Shown piece by piece: positions 52,262 through 64,000 of a stretch of DNA of 64,000 nucleotides (positions within the stretch are counted from its first letter, which is position 1; each line of letters starts with the position of its first letter). The notes under the pieces are model-generated. The model worked only from the letters and a program-made list of their open reading frames with translations. It was not told the origin of the DNA and ran no database searches. Source of the stretch: Octopus sinensis (Eukaryota). The position numbers were made by a program, and so were the translations under genes. Location: the NCBI RefSeq assembly GCF_006345805.1, contig NC_043026.1, forward strand, positions 7,130,001 to 7,194,000, read 5' to 3'.

Positions 52262-52555
52262 GCCACAGACACAGGTGCCAGAAGAGGTTGGTGAACGGCC
52301 ACGCTCGCACGTAAAAAACACCATCCGAGTGTGGCCGTTCGCCAGCCTCGTCTGGCACCTGTGTCGGTGTCACATAAAAAGCACCCACTACACTCACGGA
52401 GTGGTTGGCGTTAGGAAGGGCATCCAGCTGTAGAAACACTGCCAGATCTGACTGGCCTGGTGCAGCCTTCGGGCTCCCAGACCCCAGTTGAACCGTCCAA
52501 CCCATGCTAGCATGGAAAGCGGACGTTAAACGATGATGATGATGATGATGATGAT
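52262..52555 (+). mobile_element. RTE-type 3' end with (GAT)n tail
   Basis: High identity to 19261-19458. Confidence 0.85.
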
Positions 52556-53010
52556 ATGTGTGTATATGTATATATAAATATATTTGACGGACTATCCTGT
52601 CAAAGATTATGTATGAGTGTTCAGCTTTTATACTGAATGACCTGCACAAATTATTTGCTTATAGTGATCAAATATGTGTGCTGCACTTTAGTCTCACTCT
52701 CTCCATCAAATTAACATTGTCTGAACAAGTGTACACTACACCACACGTCAAGCATTGAAGTGATTGCTGAGCAATCCGAGATGAAGTGTTTCGGTCAAGA
52801 ATACAAAGCACCACCCAGTCTTGGGAATGAACTCACAATTGCTAGATCGTGAGTGCGACATCCTAGACACTAAGCCAAGTGCTGTCTGTATGTCTGTGTC
52901 ATCGTCGTCACCAGCGTTTAATGTCTGCTTTTCATGCTGGCATGGGTTGGACCGTTTGACTGAGGACTGGCAGGCCGGAGGTTGTACCAGGCTCTAGTCT
53001 GTGTGTATAC

Positions 53011-53041
<31 letters not shown>

Positions 53042-53208
53042 CACACACACACACATGCACACACACACACACATACACACACACATATGTATACATATTT
53101 ATATATGCGTGTGTGTGTGTTAGAAATTTAAAAAAATGTATATAGAAAAATGTAGGCCTCAATATATAAAATAATGTCAAGATCCGTTTACACACACACA
53201 CACACATG

Positions 53209-53245
<37 letters not shown>

Positions 53246-53704
53246 CATTGAGGAACACTCACACACACACACATGTATGGGATATGATAAGGGCAAATAA
53301 TGTCCGGAATTCAAGGACCTGGTGCTAAATTACATCTCGTTTAATATAACGAAGGAGTGGGAATGACATTCCAACTGAATTAGAATGGAGGGCTTTTTTT
53401 TTTTATATTTTTCTACATTATATATGCTAAAAAAATTTTTTTTTTGTTATTGTGGTTTATTTTCTTCCTTTATTTTTTCATCTTGTCATCCCGTTCTATG
53501 TAAACCCTTACACTTTATGTCTCCTTGTTTTTTTTTTTGTTTTTGTATTGTCATCTTCATCCGTTGCCCTGCTGACAACTTAAAGAAAGCATCATCCTCA
53601 CATCCACCACCACCACCACCGCTGTCATTGTCATCATCGTCATCATCATTGTTATTATTATTATTATTATTATTAATTTTTATTATTATTATTATTATTA
53701 TTAA

Positions 53705-53931
53705 GGCAGTGAGTTGGCAGAATTGTTAGTGCGCTGGACAAGAGGCTTAGTGGTATTTCGTCTGCCATTACGTTCTGAGTTCAAATCCCGCTGAGGTTGA
53801 CTTTGTCTTTCATCCTTTCAGGGTCGATAAATTAAATACCAGTTGTGTACTGGGGAGTCGATGTAATCAACTTATTCCCTTCCCCCAAATTTCAGGCCTT
53901 GTGCCTTTAATAGAAAGGGTTATTATTATTA

Positions 53932-53972
<41 letters not shown>

Positions 53973-54697
53973 TGAAGGTGGCCAGCTGGCAGAATCGTTA
54001 GCATGTGGGGTAAAATGCTTAGCCTTTCATCCTCTTGGGGGTGGATAAATTAAGTACCAGTCAAGTACTGGGGTCGATGTGATTGACTATCCCCCTCCCG
54101 TCAAATTCCAGACCATGTACCTAGAGTAGAAAGGACTATTATTATTATTATCATCGTCATCATCAACATTATTATGGTGGTAAACTGGCAGACTTTTAAG
54201 CACGGTGATATTTCTTCTGGATCCAGCGATGTCCTGTTGGGATCGATTTTGCCTTTCAGTCGCCATTTCGAGATTGTTGAAACAAAGCACCTGTTGAAAT
54301 AAAGTACTAGGGAATAATATAATTGAATTTGCAACCCCTCCCCTAAAAAATTGCTTGCCTAGCACACACACACGCACACACACACGCACACACACACACA
54401 CAGAGCTTCCAATTTGCATTGCATGGGAGATCATTCTGCGTGAACTATTCTCACGCAAGGGACGTAAGCATGTTTGCTGATCAAATTTATCATATTCTTA
54501 TTTTCTTATTTCTTTTACTACCCACAAGGGGCTAAACACAGAGAGGACAGACAAGGACAGACAAACGGATGAAGTCGATTATATCGACCCCAGTGCATAA
54601 CTGGTACTTATTTAATCGACCCCGAAAGGATGAAAGGCAAAGTCGACCTCGGCGGAATTTGAATTCTTATATTCTTATTTTCTTTTAGCACTCGTGT

Positions 54698-54733
<36 letters not shown>

Positions 54734-56390
54734 ACAACTTTCGGCCAGAAACTGCGTCCATGCTGGGGACCGCCTTCAGTGTGAATGCTATAAATTTGTG
54801 CCTCTCCTCGAATTTGTTTCTTTATATCTCTCTGTGTTGTGTGGACACCCCCAGACAATAAGTAGGCTAGTCCAATACATATAAGTAGTGGACATGGTAG
54901 CTAGACGAGAAGCGGCGATTAGAGCGAGACGGAGCCGTCGGTAGTCTCGACTTAATCCGTTTGTCTGTCCTTGTTTGTCCCCTCTGTGTATAGCCCCTTG
55001 TGGGCAGTAAAGAAATAGGTACTCTAGACGTCGAGTTCTCTTGAGTCGAGCCGTCGGAAGTGAGAGTTCGGTAGTTGAGTAGAGGTGCGTTATTGGCGAA
55101 GGTACACCATCCGAACATGCGTTATAACACACTGATAATTGAACATTTTTTAAATGAAATTTTCCAAATAGACATTTTAGATAGGGTAGCTTAGGGTTAA
55201 ATCGGAAATTTTAGTTGAAAATGGATTTTCGGAGGGAAAGTGGGTAGAGAGGAATTTCGGATGAACTACAACCCCTCGATTTGTTTTCTCATAACATTCT
55301 AACAACTTTATTCTTAAATAAAGCTCTCTGCAAATGCCTTTGACTTCTGGAAGCGTTTCTTTTGTAATGGACCGTGTGTGTGTGTTCCAAGTCGGGTCAT
55401 CAATTTGCAAGTAGTGCTGTCTGGTCGTCGCTGGAACTGGCTGTGTCTTTGTGATCAGTGGCTAAGACCTTAGAAGGTCTGGAACCAAAAGACTTCGAAA
55501 ATAGGAAGTTTTTATAAGGAGCAGTGAGTTCAAACGGAGTAGGAAACAGGCTGTCTCACGTGATCGTATTTATGGATTCCGACTGGTTATACGCGACAGA
55601 ATAAGAGACAAATTGTGCCAATACCAACCAATCGGAATAGTGGACACAACGGGATCCAAATAGCGGCCAAAGGCTAGCTGTTTCTTGCTACGTTCGAATG
55701 CACGTATAAACAATAAAAGGAGAGAGGAATTACACCCGATTCTACGCTACACTTTAGATCCACAATTGTCAAAGCATGGAATAAACTATCTGAATCAGTT
55801 GTTAGGCGTCAGGACCCTGTATTCTTAAAAAATTCCATACTTCCCGAAATCCAACCCTACTCCTCATGTGCCAATCCAAATTTCCTGTCTTTTGGGGTTC
55901 GTTTTATCCTGTGCCCTGTTCACATGCTTCTAGCTTTCATTACTGTCTTTTTTCAATTCAATCATGGCTGCTTTCTGTTCCCTCTTTTAACTTTTTCCAG
56001 TCAGTCATTCTTCACCTGTGGGTAGTGAAGAAATAGGTATTTCGTCTGTCTTTACGTTGAGTTCAGATTCCCGCCGAGGTCGACTTTGCCTTTCATCCTT
56101 TCGGGGTCGATAAATTAAGTATCAGTTACGCACTGGTGTCGATGTAATCGACTAAATCCGTTTGTCTGTCCTTCTTTGTCCCCTCTGTGTTTAGCCCCTT
56201 GTGGGTAGTAAAGAAATAGGTATTTCATTTGTCTTTATGTTCTGAGTTCAAATTTCGCTGAAGTTGACTTTGCCTTTCATCCTTTCGGAGTCGATAGATT
56301 AAGTACCAGTTGCGTACTGGGGTAGAGCTAATCGACTGGCTCCTCCCCAAAAGTTTCAGGGCTTGTGCCGAGGGTAGAAAAGAATATCTT
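53705..56390. mobile_element. Cluster of tRNA-derived SINE family B copies (53705-53925 +, 53977-54140 +, 54495-54665 -, 54945-55022 +, 56033-56390 +)
   Basis: Shared core GAGTTCAAATTCCGCCGAGGTCGACTTTGCCTTTCATCCTTTCGGGGTCGATAAATTAAGTACCAG. Unique sequence lies between the copies. Confidence 0.85.
54850..55730. promoter_or_regulatory. CpG-rich, promoter-like segment
   Basis: CpG visibly denser than in the flanks. CGGAAGTG at 55055-62, TCACGTGA at 55556-63, and CCAAT at 55628-32 plus two more CCAAT/ATTGG. Confidence 0.35.
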
Positions 56391-56751
56391 GTTTAGAGAG
56401 ACTGACAGACCAGTTTTGTTCCATGACCTCTTTCTTGATACCATGCATGCATGCATGCATGCATGCATGTATGTATGTATGTATGTATGTATGTATGTAT
56501 GTTCTTGTACAGACGCAGAAGTTATTTAAGTGTTTTGCACAAATGCAAACGCACCGCCCGAACCCGATATCGAACCACGATCTTGCCATCGTGAGTGCAC
56601 TAGCCGAACCTTTAGGTCACGCGCCACCACAAGCTCGCTTTCCTTCATATTGTGGATCAGTTTATAAGAGCTGAACATTGAAGGAGTGATCTCCCTTGTG
56701 AATTAATAGTTTAAGCAGAGTGACGTCCCCTGTAAAAGGCAGCTGACGTTA

Positions 56752-57575
56752 TAAAATAAAATAATAATAATAATAATAATTGTGTACAGTGCTCAGGTGC
56801 ACTACAACTCATCTAAAGTGTATATATAATCAGGTGTAGTTTCGGCGGATTTCGGAAAGCATGAGGGCCTTAAAGGATGCAGTGTCATGGCAGTCAACAA
56901 CTGACGCAGGCAGTTTATTCCATGCTTCAGCAATTCTGAGCGCGAAAAAATGTTTCCGAAAGTCATGGGAGCTGTGTTGTTTTCTGACTTTGTAGGCATG
57001 TCCACGTGTGTTAGACACATGGAGATCAAAAAGGTGTTCAGTGTTGTTGTTGGTGAGGTGGTTGATAACTTTGTGGGTGTTTACCAAGTCCGTCGCCAGA
57101 CGCCGGAGCTTCAGTGAATCCATGCCCAGGGAAACAAGGCGCTCAGAATATGGTAGGTGTCTGATGGAGGGTATGCGTTTGGTTGCACGTCTCTGGACAG
57201 ATTCCAGGAGGTCAATGTTCTGAGCAAGATAGGGGTTCCAAACTGATGATGCAAATTCCAAGTGTGGTCGTACCATAGCTGTATACAGTTTTAAATAGAT
57301 GGCTGGAGAGCGGCTAACAAAAGTCTTGCTGAGTGATGCCAAGACACCCTCGGCCTTCTTGACAATTTTAGAGATATGCTTTGTCCAACGCAAATCACTG
57401 CTGACAGTGATGCCTAGGTCACACTCGCAAGAGGATTTCTTGATATCAGTGTTGTGGAGGGAGTATGTGGACGCAGGGTTTTTTCTCCCAAAATGCATGG
57501 TGGTACACTTGTCCACAGCCAGTTTCAGTTGCCAGTCTGTGATCCATTGCTGCATTGTGTCTGCAATGACTGTGT
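56752..57575 (-). mobile_element. CR1/L2-type LINE, 5'-truncated, ORF2 C-terminus uninterrupted
   Basis: ORF 56830-57609 contains W+L.L..DKC, DLGI, LYTAMVRPHLEFASSVWNP, LESVQRRATK, TRGH and WNKLP. Ends in an (ATT)n tail. Confidence 0.93.
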
Positions 57576-57619
57576 GTATATCATTATGACTGTGTGTATA
57601 TCTATACATACATTATATA

Positions 57620-58021
57620 TTACTCTTACTCTTTACTCTTTTACTTGTTTCAGTCATTTGACTGCGGCCATGCTGGAGCACCGCCTTTAATCGAGCAACT
57701 CGACCCCGGGACTTATTCTTTTGTAAGCCCAGTACTTATTCTATCGGTCTCTTTTTGCTGAACCGCTAAGTAACGGGGACATAAACACACCAGCATCGGT
57801 TGTCAAGCAATGCTAGGGAGACAAACACAGACACACAACACACACATATATATATATACGACGGGCTTCTTTCAGTTTCCGTCTACCAAATCCACTCACA
57901 AGGCTTTGGTCGGCTCGAGGCTATAGTAGAAGACACTTGCCCAAGGTGCCACGCAGTGGGACTGAACCCAGAACCATGTGGTTGGTAAACAAGCTACTTA
58001 CCACACAGCCACTCCTGCGCC
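57620..58021 (-). mobile_element. tRNA-derived SINE, family A, young copy
   Basis: Full head, body and tail. Confidence 0.92.
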
Positions 58022-58023
58022 TA

Positions 58024-58067
<44 letters not shown>

Positions 58068-58204
58068 TCCTTTATTTTTTTCTTTCAGTCATTTGACTGC
58101 GGCCATGCTGGAGCATCGCCTATAGTCGAACACATCGATCCCAGGACTTTTTTTTTTTGTAAGCCTAGTACTTATTCTATCTGTCTCTTTTGCCAAACCA
58201 CTAT

Positions 58205-59470
58205 CCATAAGGGGAGTTAGCAGAGCAGATGCTAAGAATTATAGACCTTTCTCACTAACTTCCCATGTCAGCAATGTCTCGGAGTGCATCGTGAGGAAGA
58301 AACTAATTGCGTTCCTTGAAGACAATGACTTGTTTCCTGACACCCAGCATGGCTTTTGCTCAGGCAGAAGCTTCCTTACACAGCTTTTGTCGCACTATGA
58401 CTGGGTGTTGGAACAATTAATGAATCGCTCAAATGTGGATGTGATATATCTTGACTTTCCAAAAGGCCTTTGATAAGGTTGATTATGGGATGATATGTCA
58501 CAAACTACAGAGACTCAGCATAACTGGGAAAATCAGAGAGTGGTTGCATGACTTCTTAAAAGACAGAAGCCAGGCTGTGGCAGCCAACGGAGCCCTCTCC
58601 ACAGAGACATTAATAGAAAGTGGAGTGCCTTAGAGAACGGTATTAGGGCCACTGCTGTTCGTAGTGGCTCTTTCAGACATGCCATCAGTTACACAGCCAC
58701 ACTTACGAGCCATGCTAACGACACAAAAGTAGTAGAAGCAGTCAAGGAAGCTTCTGATGCTAATCTTCTACAAAAAGACTTTGATGCCATATTAAATGGG
58801 CTGAGGAGAACAACATGCAACTTAATGCAGGCAAATTCCAGTCCCTTCGCTACCAGGTAATTGGTGCTCAAAAGTTGCAACAACAATACTTTGAATCAAA
58901 AGGAGCAGTTATCCCAGAACCACACACGGTGCGTGATCTTGGGATTGATATGAGCAGCGATGCCTCATTTTACATGCATATCACCAAGATGGTGGCAGTG
59001 TGCAGGCGAATGGTCAGATGGATCCTGAGAAACATCAGAACAAGGGACCAGGAAACTATGCTGGTCCTATGGAGGACATTTGTCCTCAGCTGTCTGGACT
59101 ACTTCTCTCAACTGTGGTCACCTTACACTGTAGGATTAATAGTAGAACAGCTGAGCTACTGGGAGAGACTGAAAGAGCTACGACTCTGCTCCCTGGAGCG
59201 AAGACAGGAGAGGCATGCAGTGATATATGTGTGGAAGATACTGGAGGGGCTGACACCAAACTTTGGAATTGTGAGTTATACCAGAACCTCAATTAGAACT
59301 GTGCTGTTCCAAAGGTCCCAGCTGTTCTATCTAAGGTGAGGACCATACACTGAAATAGCTTGGGTTTCAAGGGCCCACAGCTATTTAATGCCTTGCTAAA
59401 ACATCTGAGGGATCTCCATGGGGTGGTGGTAGATGTTTTCAAGAAACAACTTGACCTCTTACTGATTGGC
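58205..59470 (+). mobile_element. CR1/L2-type LINE reverse-transcriptase fragment, decayed
   Basis: NYRPFSLTS, QHGF..GRS, YLDF.KAFDKV, SGVP..TVLGPLLF, a degenerate YADD (HANDTK) and downstream ERLKEL. Contains stops and frameshifts. Confidence 0.92.
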
Positions 59471-60351
59471 GCTAAGAAAACTTTGGCCTTTTTTGAGGAT
59501 TTTGAATATGTAGTTTGTTCATCACAAATCTTTATTCATTATAATGCTTAAGATCACAATTACCTGCAGATATCTTCAGGCTGTTGCAGTGAAAGAAAGG
59601 GATAAATACTTGGTTATGTCTGCCTGTTTTTTTGTTTGTATATATGTGTGTGTATGTTCTCTTCTCTTTTTAATTATCTAAATTCTTCTTCTGAGGAATG
59701 TCTGGTTTCTAACAAAGATACAAAGTTTTATTGTTGGAATGTCGATAGCAAAATTTATTTGTAATTTCTAAGTGAATTCTCTATAAATTATAATTAATGA
59801 TTCTGTGTTTGTGTTGAGAAAAAAATTCATATAAACATTTAAGAAAAAACATGTATGAATTTCCTTTTACAAAGTACAACACTCCCATGTGGTGAAATGC
59901 CAGAACTATCTATCTTCAAATCCATTAAAAATAAATGCAAACACTGTTACCGGATAACAAAAACAATATCACATTTGAAACCTGAGAAAAGTCTTGCATA
60001 TTTTTATTGTTCCAGATTTTATTTGTAATGTGCGAATCAGTTGGTTGATTTCTTTTTCTGAAAGTCCAAGCTTATCCAGACTTATTCAGCTAGGCATTTA
60101 CTCACAAAACCTAACGATCCAATTATCATTTGCTATAAATCTATAATCTGGATATAAAAGCTGGAGGTTTCGAAGCAGTTTCCCATAATTACCTTTTTCT
60201 TTCCTTTTTGATTTTCAAAGAGATATTCTCACATCAGCACATATGTATGTGTCATTGTTCAGTTTTATTTCATGATTTCTTGCCAATAAAGAAAGAACCA
60301 GTTTCTAACCTAGATTTAAGGTTCCTCCATTAGAATTTCAACAACATACAA

Positions 60352-60675
60352 ACCACATGGTTCTGGGTTCAGTCCCATTGTGTGGCACCTTGGCAAGTGT
60401 CTTCTACTATAGGCTTGGGCCAACCAAAGCCTTGTGACAGGATTTGTTAGATGGAAGCTGAAAGAAACCTCTTGTACGTGTGTGTGTGTGTGTGTATTTA
60501 TGTGTGTATGCCTGTGTTTATCACCCTGCCATCGCTTGACAACCGATGTTGGTACGTTTATGTCCTTGTAATCTAGCGGTTCAGCAAAAGAGACTGATTT
60601 CGATTAAAAACGCTTTTAGGCGGTGCTCCAGTATGGCCACAGTCAAATGACTGAAATAAATAAAAAAGTAAAAGA
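60352..60675 (+). mobile_element. tRNA-derived SINE, family A, head clipped
   Basis: B-box and family body, ending AGTAAAAGA. Confidence 0.8.
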
Positions 60676-60689
60676 ATATATAAATATAT

Positions 60690-60974
60690 ATATACCACTC
60701 TAACCCTCCGCAAGAATCCCAAATTTGATTCAATTTGCTTTGTGGGAAGGACTGTTTTAACGAAGTCATGTCTTGTCCCAATGTTTGAAACGTGGAGGAG
60801 ATAAAACAGGGAAGAACAGACGAAGGGAACAACAGATGTGTTGCCTGTCTCCTTTCTCTATTTGTTTCTTTTGTTGTCCGAAAAAAAAGTTTGTTTGCCA
60901 TGTTTTTGTTGATTTTTTATGTTCTCGTTTTTCATTTTGTTCATGTTTATTTGACATCCTGTACCCATTTATGC

Positions 60975-61005
<31 letters not shown>

Positions 61006-61034
61006 TATGTAGGTACGTACATATATGGTATGTA

Positions 61035-61068
<34 letters not shown>

Positions 61069-61205
61069 TATATATATATATATATATATAAATAGATGAG
61101 TGTACTTTACCTTGTTAACAATTAACATGGAAAAATAAATAAATAGTTACCAGGGCAGCAAGTAAAAATACTTGTTTAAATCTGCGTTAACTCCATTTTT
61201 TATTC

Positions 61206-61239
<34 letters not shown>

Positions 61240-61499
61240 TATTTATATTATTATATGATCGAGTGCCATGCATCCATTTCCAAGTAAGTTTTATTTATAG
61301 ATATATATATATTTTTTCTCCCCTTTTTTTTCTCTCCTTGTTTCTTTCTGTGTTTCTTTTCTGTGAATTTTTCTGTCGAAGAGCGTAGGCTCGAAACGTA
61401 AAAGACTTGTTTTATTTCTATTCCTGAGCGCCATACTAATACATTATTTGTTTGTATTCCACCTGCCTTCGTCTTTTGTTTATTTCATAAAGCTTCCCG

Positions 61500-61505
<6 letters not shown>
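60690..61505 (+). mobile_element. Penelope-like terminal-repeat fragment, interrupted by AT tracts
   Basis: Homologous to 38555-38995 in the opposite orientation. Contains the hammerhead-like motif. Confidence 0.5.
61368..61405 (+). ncRNA. Minimal type I hammerhead-ribozyme-like motif with a variant core
   Basis: TTTTT CTGTCGA A GAGC-GTAG-GCTC GAAAC GTA AAAGA. Perfect 4-bp helix II, ACGT helix III, GUA triplet. Core is CUGUCGA rather than CUGANGA. Confidence 0.5.
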
Positions 61506-61536
<31 letters not shown>

Positions 61537-61939
61537 TGGATGGATGGATGGATGGATGGATGGATGGATGGAGGTGGGTGGGTGGGTGGGTTATGAGAGG
61601 TAATGGTGTCAGTAAGACCCAAAGGTGTCAGGTAATGCTGAGTAAGTGCTATGGACTGACTATGGTTTTAAGCTCCACTTAACAAAAATGATTGCAAGTC
61701 TCATGGAGTTATTTCCCTTGCATCAATATATTTTTGTCGATCAGTGAACGCCACTGCTGTCCCTTCTACATCCATTAATAATATGGTACCACTACAACTA
61801 CCGCCAACACTATATCGGCAAAGCCTTCTCCCTTCCACCATGACCATCATCACCGTACTATTGCCTCTGCTAATGCGATCATCACCAATTTAACCAATTC
61901 TAAAATCACTACCGTACAAAGATAACCCCTATGTAGTCA

Positions 61940-62250
61940 CTTTATTTGCTAGAAATAGCAGCCAAATCTCCCTCAAATCACACCCTACTGTCTTGTGTTT
62001 GAGCGAATGAGGTAGACCTCTACATGGTAGCTAGACCTGGTAGAAAGAGCAGCCAAATCTCCCTCAAATCACACCCTATTGTCTTATGCTTGAGCCAATG
62101 TAGGAGACCTCTACATGGTAGCTAGACCTGGTAGAAAGAGCAGCCAAATCGCCCTCAAATCACACTCTCCTGTTTTTTCTATGTATATATTCATATGAAC
62201 CAATAAGTTAGACCTCTACATGGTAGTTTGACCTGCTAGAAATAGCAACT
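61940..62250. repeat. Three tandem copies (~90-105 bp) of the AGACCTCTACATGG...CAGCCAAATCTCCCTCAAATCACAC repeat
   Basis: Block starts at about 62014, 62105 and 62210. Further copies at 63408-63547 and 25425-25500. Confidence 0.8.
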
Positions 62251-62411
62251 GTATCTGTAGCCAAGACACCAAAGCTGAAGATTTCCCCTCAATTCATTCT
62301 AGCTGTCCTTCTTTCCCTCATTCACATCCACGGGTCTGCTGATCCCTAACTTTTACTCCCTTTTTCCTATCAAACCTATCTCTAGTCCCTCTCTGTCTTT
62401 TCTTTTTTCAG

Positions 62412-62507
62412 ATCGAACAAGAAGGTACCTACACCTGTATCAATCTGACCAAGGAGCAATTCTGCGATTCTTTGACGTCTCTGCTGAACAAAGGCACCAG
62501 ACAAGAG
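62412..62507 (+). CDS. WDR49: Coding exon of a WDR49/CFAP337-like gene (EF-hand-like segment); orthology unproven
   Basis: Long pyrimidine tract plus CAG acceptor and GAG/GTAAGC donor. 96 nt, phase 0-0. Reads IEQEGTYTCINLTKEQFCDSLTSLLNKGTRQE, resembling, from memory, WDR49 [23 protein letters not shown]. Confidence 0.65.
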
Positions 62508-62751
62508 GTAAGCCGTGCCACTGAGCCATTAACCCACTGTGTGCCTCTGACTCACTGTGTCACGGTAGCAGTGAGTCATTGTGCCCCATTGACTTCCATT
62601 CATTTTTTTCGTTCTTATTTTTATTTGTAGAAAGTGAAAGTGCATGGCTTAGTGGTTAGGGAATTTGGCTCACAATCGTAAGGTCATGAGTTCAATTCCC
62701 GGCAACACGTTTATTCACTTTATTTCACATTGCTCCAGTTCACTCACTATA

Positions 62752-63106
62752 TACTCTTTTACTCTTTTACTTGTTTCAGTCATTTGACTGTGGCCATGCT
62801 GGACACCGCCTTTAGTCGAGCAAATCGACCCGGGACTTTTTCTTTGTAAGCCCAGTACTTATTCTATCGGTCTCTTTTGCCGAACCACTAAGTGACGGGG
62901 ACATAAACACACCAGCATCGGTTGTCAAGCATTGCTAGGGGGACAAACACAGACACACAAACATATACACACATATACATACATACATATATACACATAT
63001 ACGACAGGCTTCTTTCAGTTTCCGTCTACCAAATCCACTCACAAGGCATTGGTCGGCCCAGGGCTATAGCAGAAGACACCTGCCCAAGATGCCACGCAGT
63101 GGGACT
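62752..63106 (-). mobile_element. tRNA-derived SINE, family A, head truncated
   Basis: Family tail and body. Stops inside the B-box region. Confidence 0.9.
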
Positions 63107-63825
63107 ATATATATTGTCTGTTTTTCTATCCTTGTTTTTGTATACATTCACTGCTTTCTTCCAAGGAATCTAATGCTCTTAACTTAGTTTTTCCTTGGGG
63201 CTGGCCAGATTGGAGCAATCTCAAGAATAATCAGCCAAAATTGCGAGGATAATCTGGTGCCTGACTGAGGAAAGAAAACTTCGAATGACCCGTCCTTGTC
63301 TCCTTTGTGTCTTCTATCTAAATATTTTGTTGTCCCTTTTTGTATAACCTAGCTGTCCGGATGTGTTGCATTCTTGTACCATTTTGTATTTTATATATAT
63401 ATATATATCTTATGTTTGAGCCAATGAGGGAGACCTCTACATGGTAGTTAGACCTGGTAGAAATAGCAGCCAAATCTCCCTCAAATCACACCCTCCTGTC
63501 TTTTCTATGTATATATTCATATGAACCAATAAGTTAGACCTCTACATTTGTATATATAAATATTTATATGTAAATTATCTGGTAATTTTTTGCTAGTTTA
63601 TTTTGTGTTTTTGTCTTCTCTCCTGGTGCTGTATGGACATTTAATGTGGTTTTAGAGTCAAGTTTTGGCTGCTATTTCCAGCGTGGTGGTATCTCTTAGA
63701 TACCCTAAATTATAATTTTAATAATAATTATTACCTTTGAAGGTTTTTATTCCCATGCTGGCCACTTGATAAGATCAGTATTTAAATAACTATCTTATCC
63801 TTATATATATAAATTTATATATATC

Positions 63826-63862
<37 letters not shown>

Positions 63863-63907
63863 ACATGTATACATGCATTTACAAGTGGTGCTTAGTCATG
63901 GCTTGGT

Positions 63908-64000
63908 AGCGGTATTTCGTCTGCTGTTACGTTCTGAGTTCAAATTCTGCCGAGGTCAACTTTGCCTTTCATCCTTTCGGGGTCGATTAAATAAGTACCA
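63908..64000 (+). mobile_element. tRNA-derived SINE, family B, cut by the window edge
   Basis: GAGTTCAAATTCTGCCGAGGTCAACTTTGCCTTTCATCC core. Confidence 0.8.

Noticed and set aside
54867-55118. Minus-strand ORF MFGWCTFANNAP as the first exon of a nested gene
   Set aside because: It runs into a SINE fragment, has only a weak donor and shows no recognisable protein similarity.
56560-56630. tRNA gene (minus-strand cloverleaf-like sequence; also 46619-46690 and 62637-62700)
   Set aside because: Acceptor and anticodon stems pair poorly and the sequences match the SINE heads found across the window.
63266-63295. Hammerhead-like CTGAGGA-AAG-AAAA-CTT-CGAATGAC
   Set aside because: GAAA is replaced by GAAT and there is no convincing helix I or III. 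At best a decayed relic.

Overview
Eukaryotic, AT-rich, microsatellite-rich genomic DNA. Its SINE and LINE content looks like a coleoid cephalopod (Octopus-like); this is inferred from recognised repeat families, not from a search. Bases 1-11028 are a non-coding satellite of about 81 bp (roughly 135 units, open at the window edge), and every unit carries a 17-bp inverted repeat with a 1-nt loop. The rest is mostly transposon debris: two full-length frameshifted mariner elements and one deleted one, Helitron pieces, a piggyBac-like MITE, CR1/L2- and RTE-type LINE fragments, several tRNA-derived SINE families, and Penelope-like repeats with minimal hammerhead-ribozyme-like motifs. Two strong + strand exons (22430-22601 and 62412-62507) join in frame across a ~39.8 kb intron and encode an EF-hand-like segment resembling the N-terminus of WDR49/CFAP337-family proteins. 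A duplicated, partly decayed set of exons from an unidentified gene lies at about 13.3-19.0 kb. No prokaryotic features, rRNA or CRISPR array were found. Most short ORFs in the supplied track are microsatellite or SINE artefacts.
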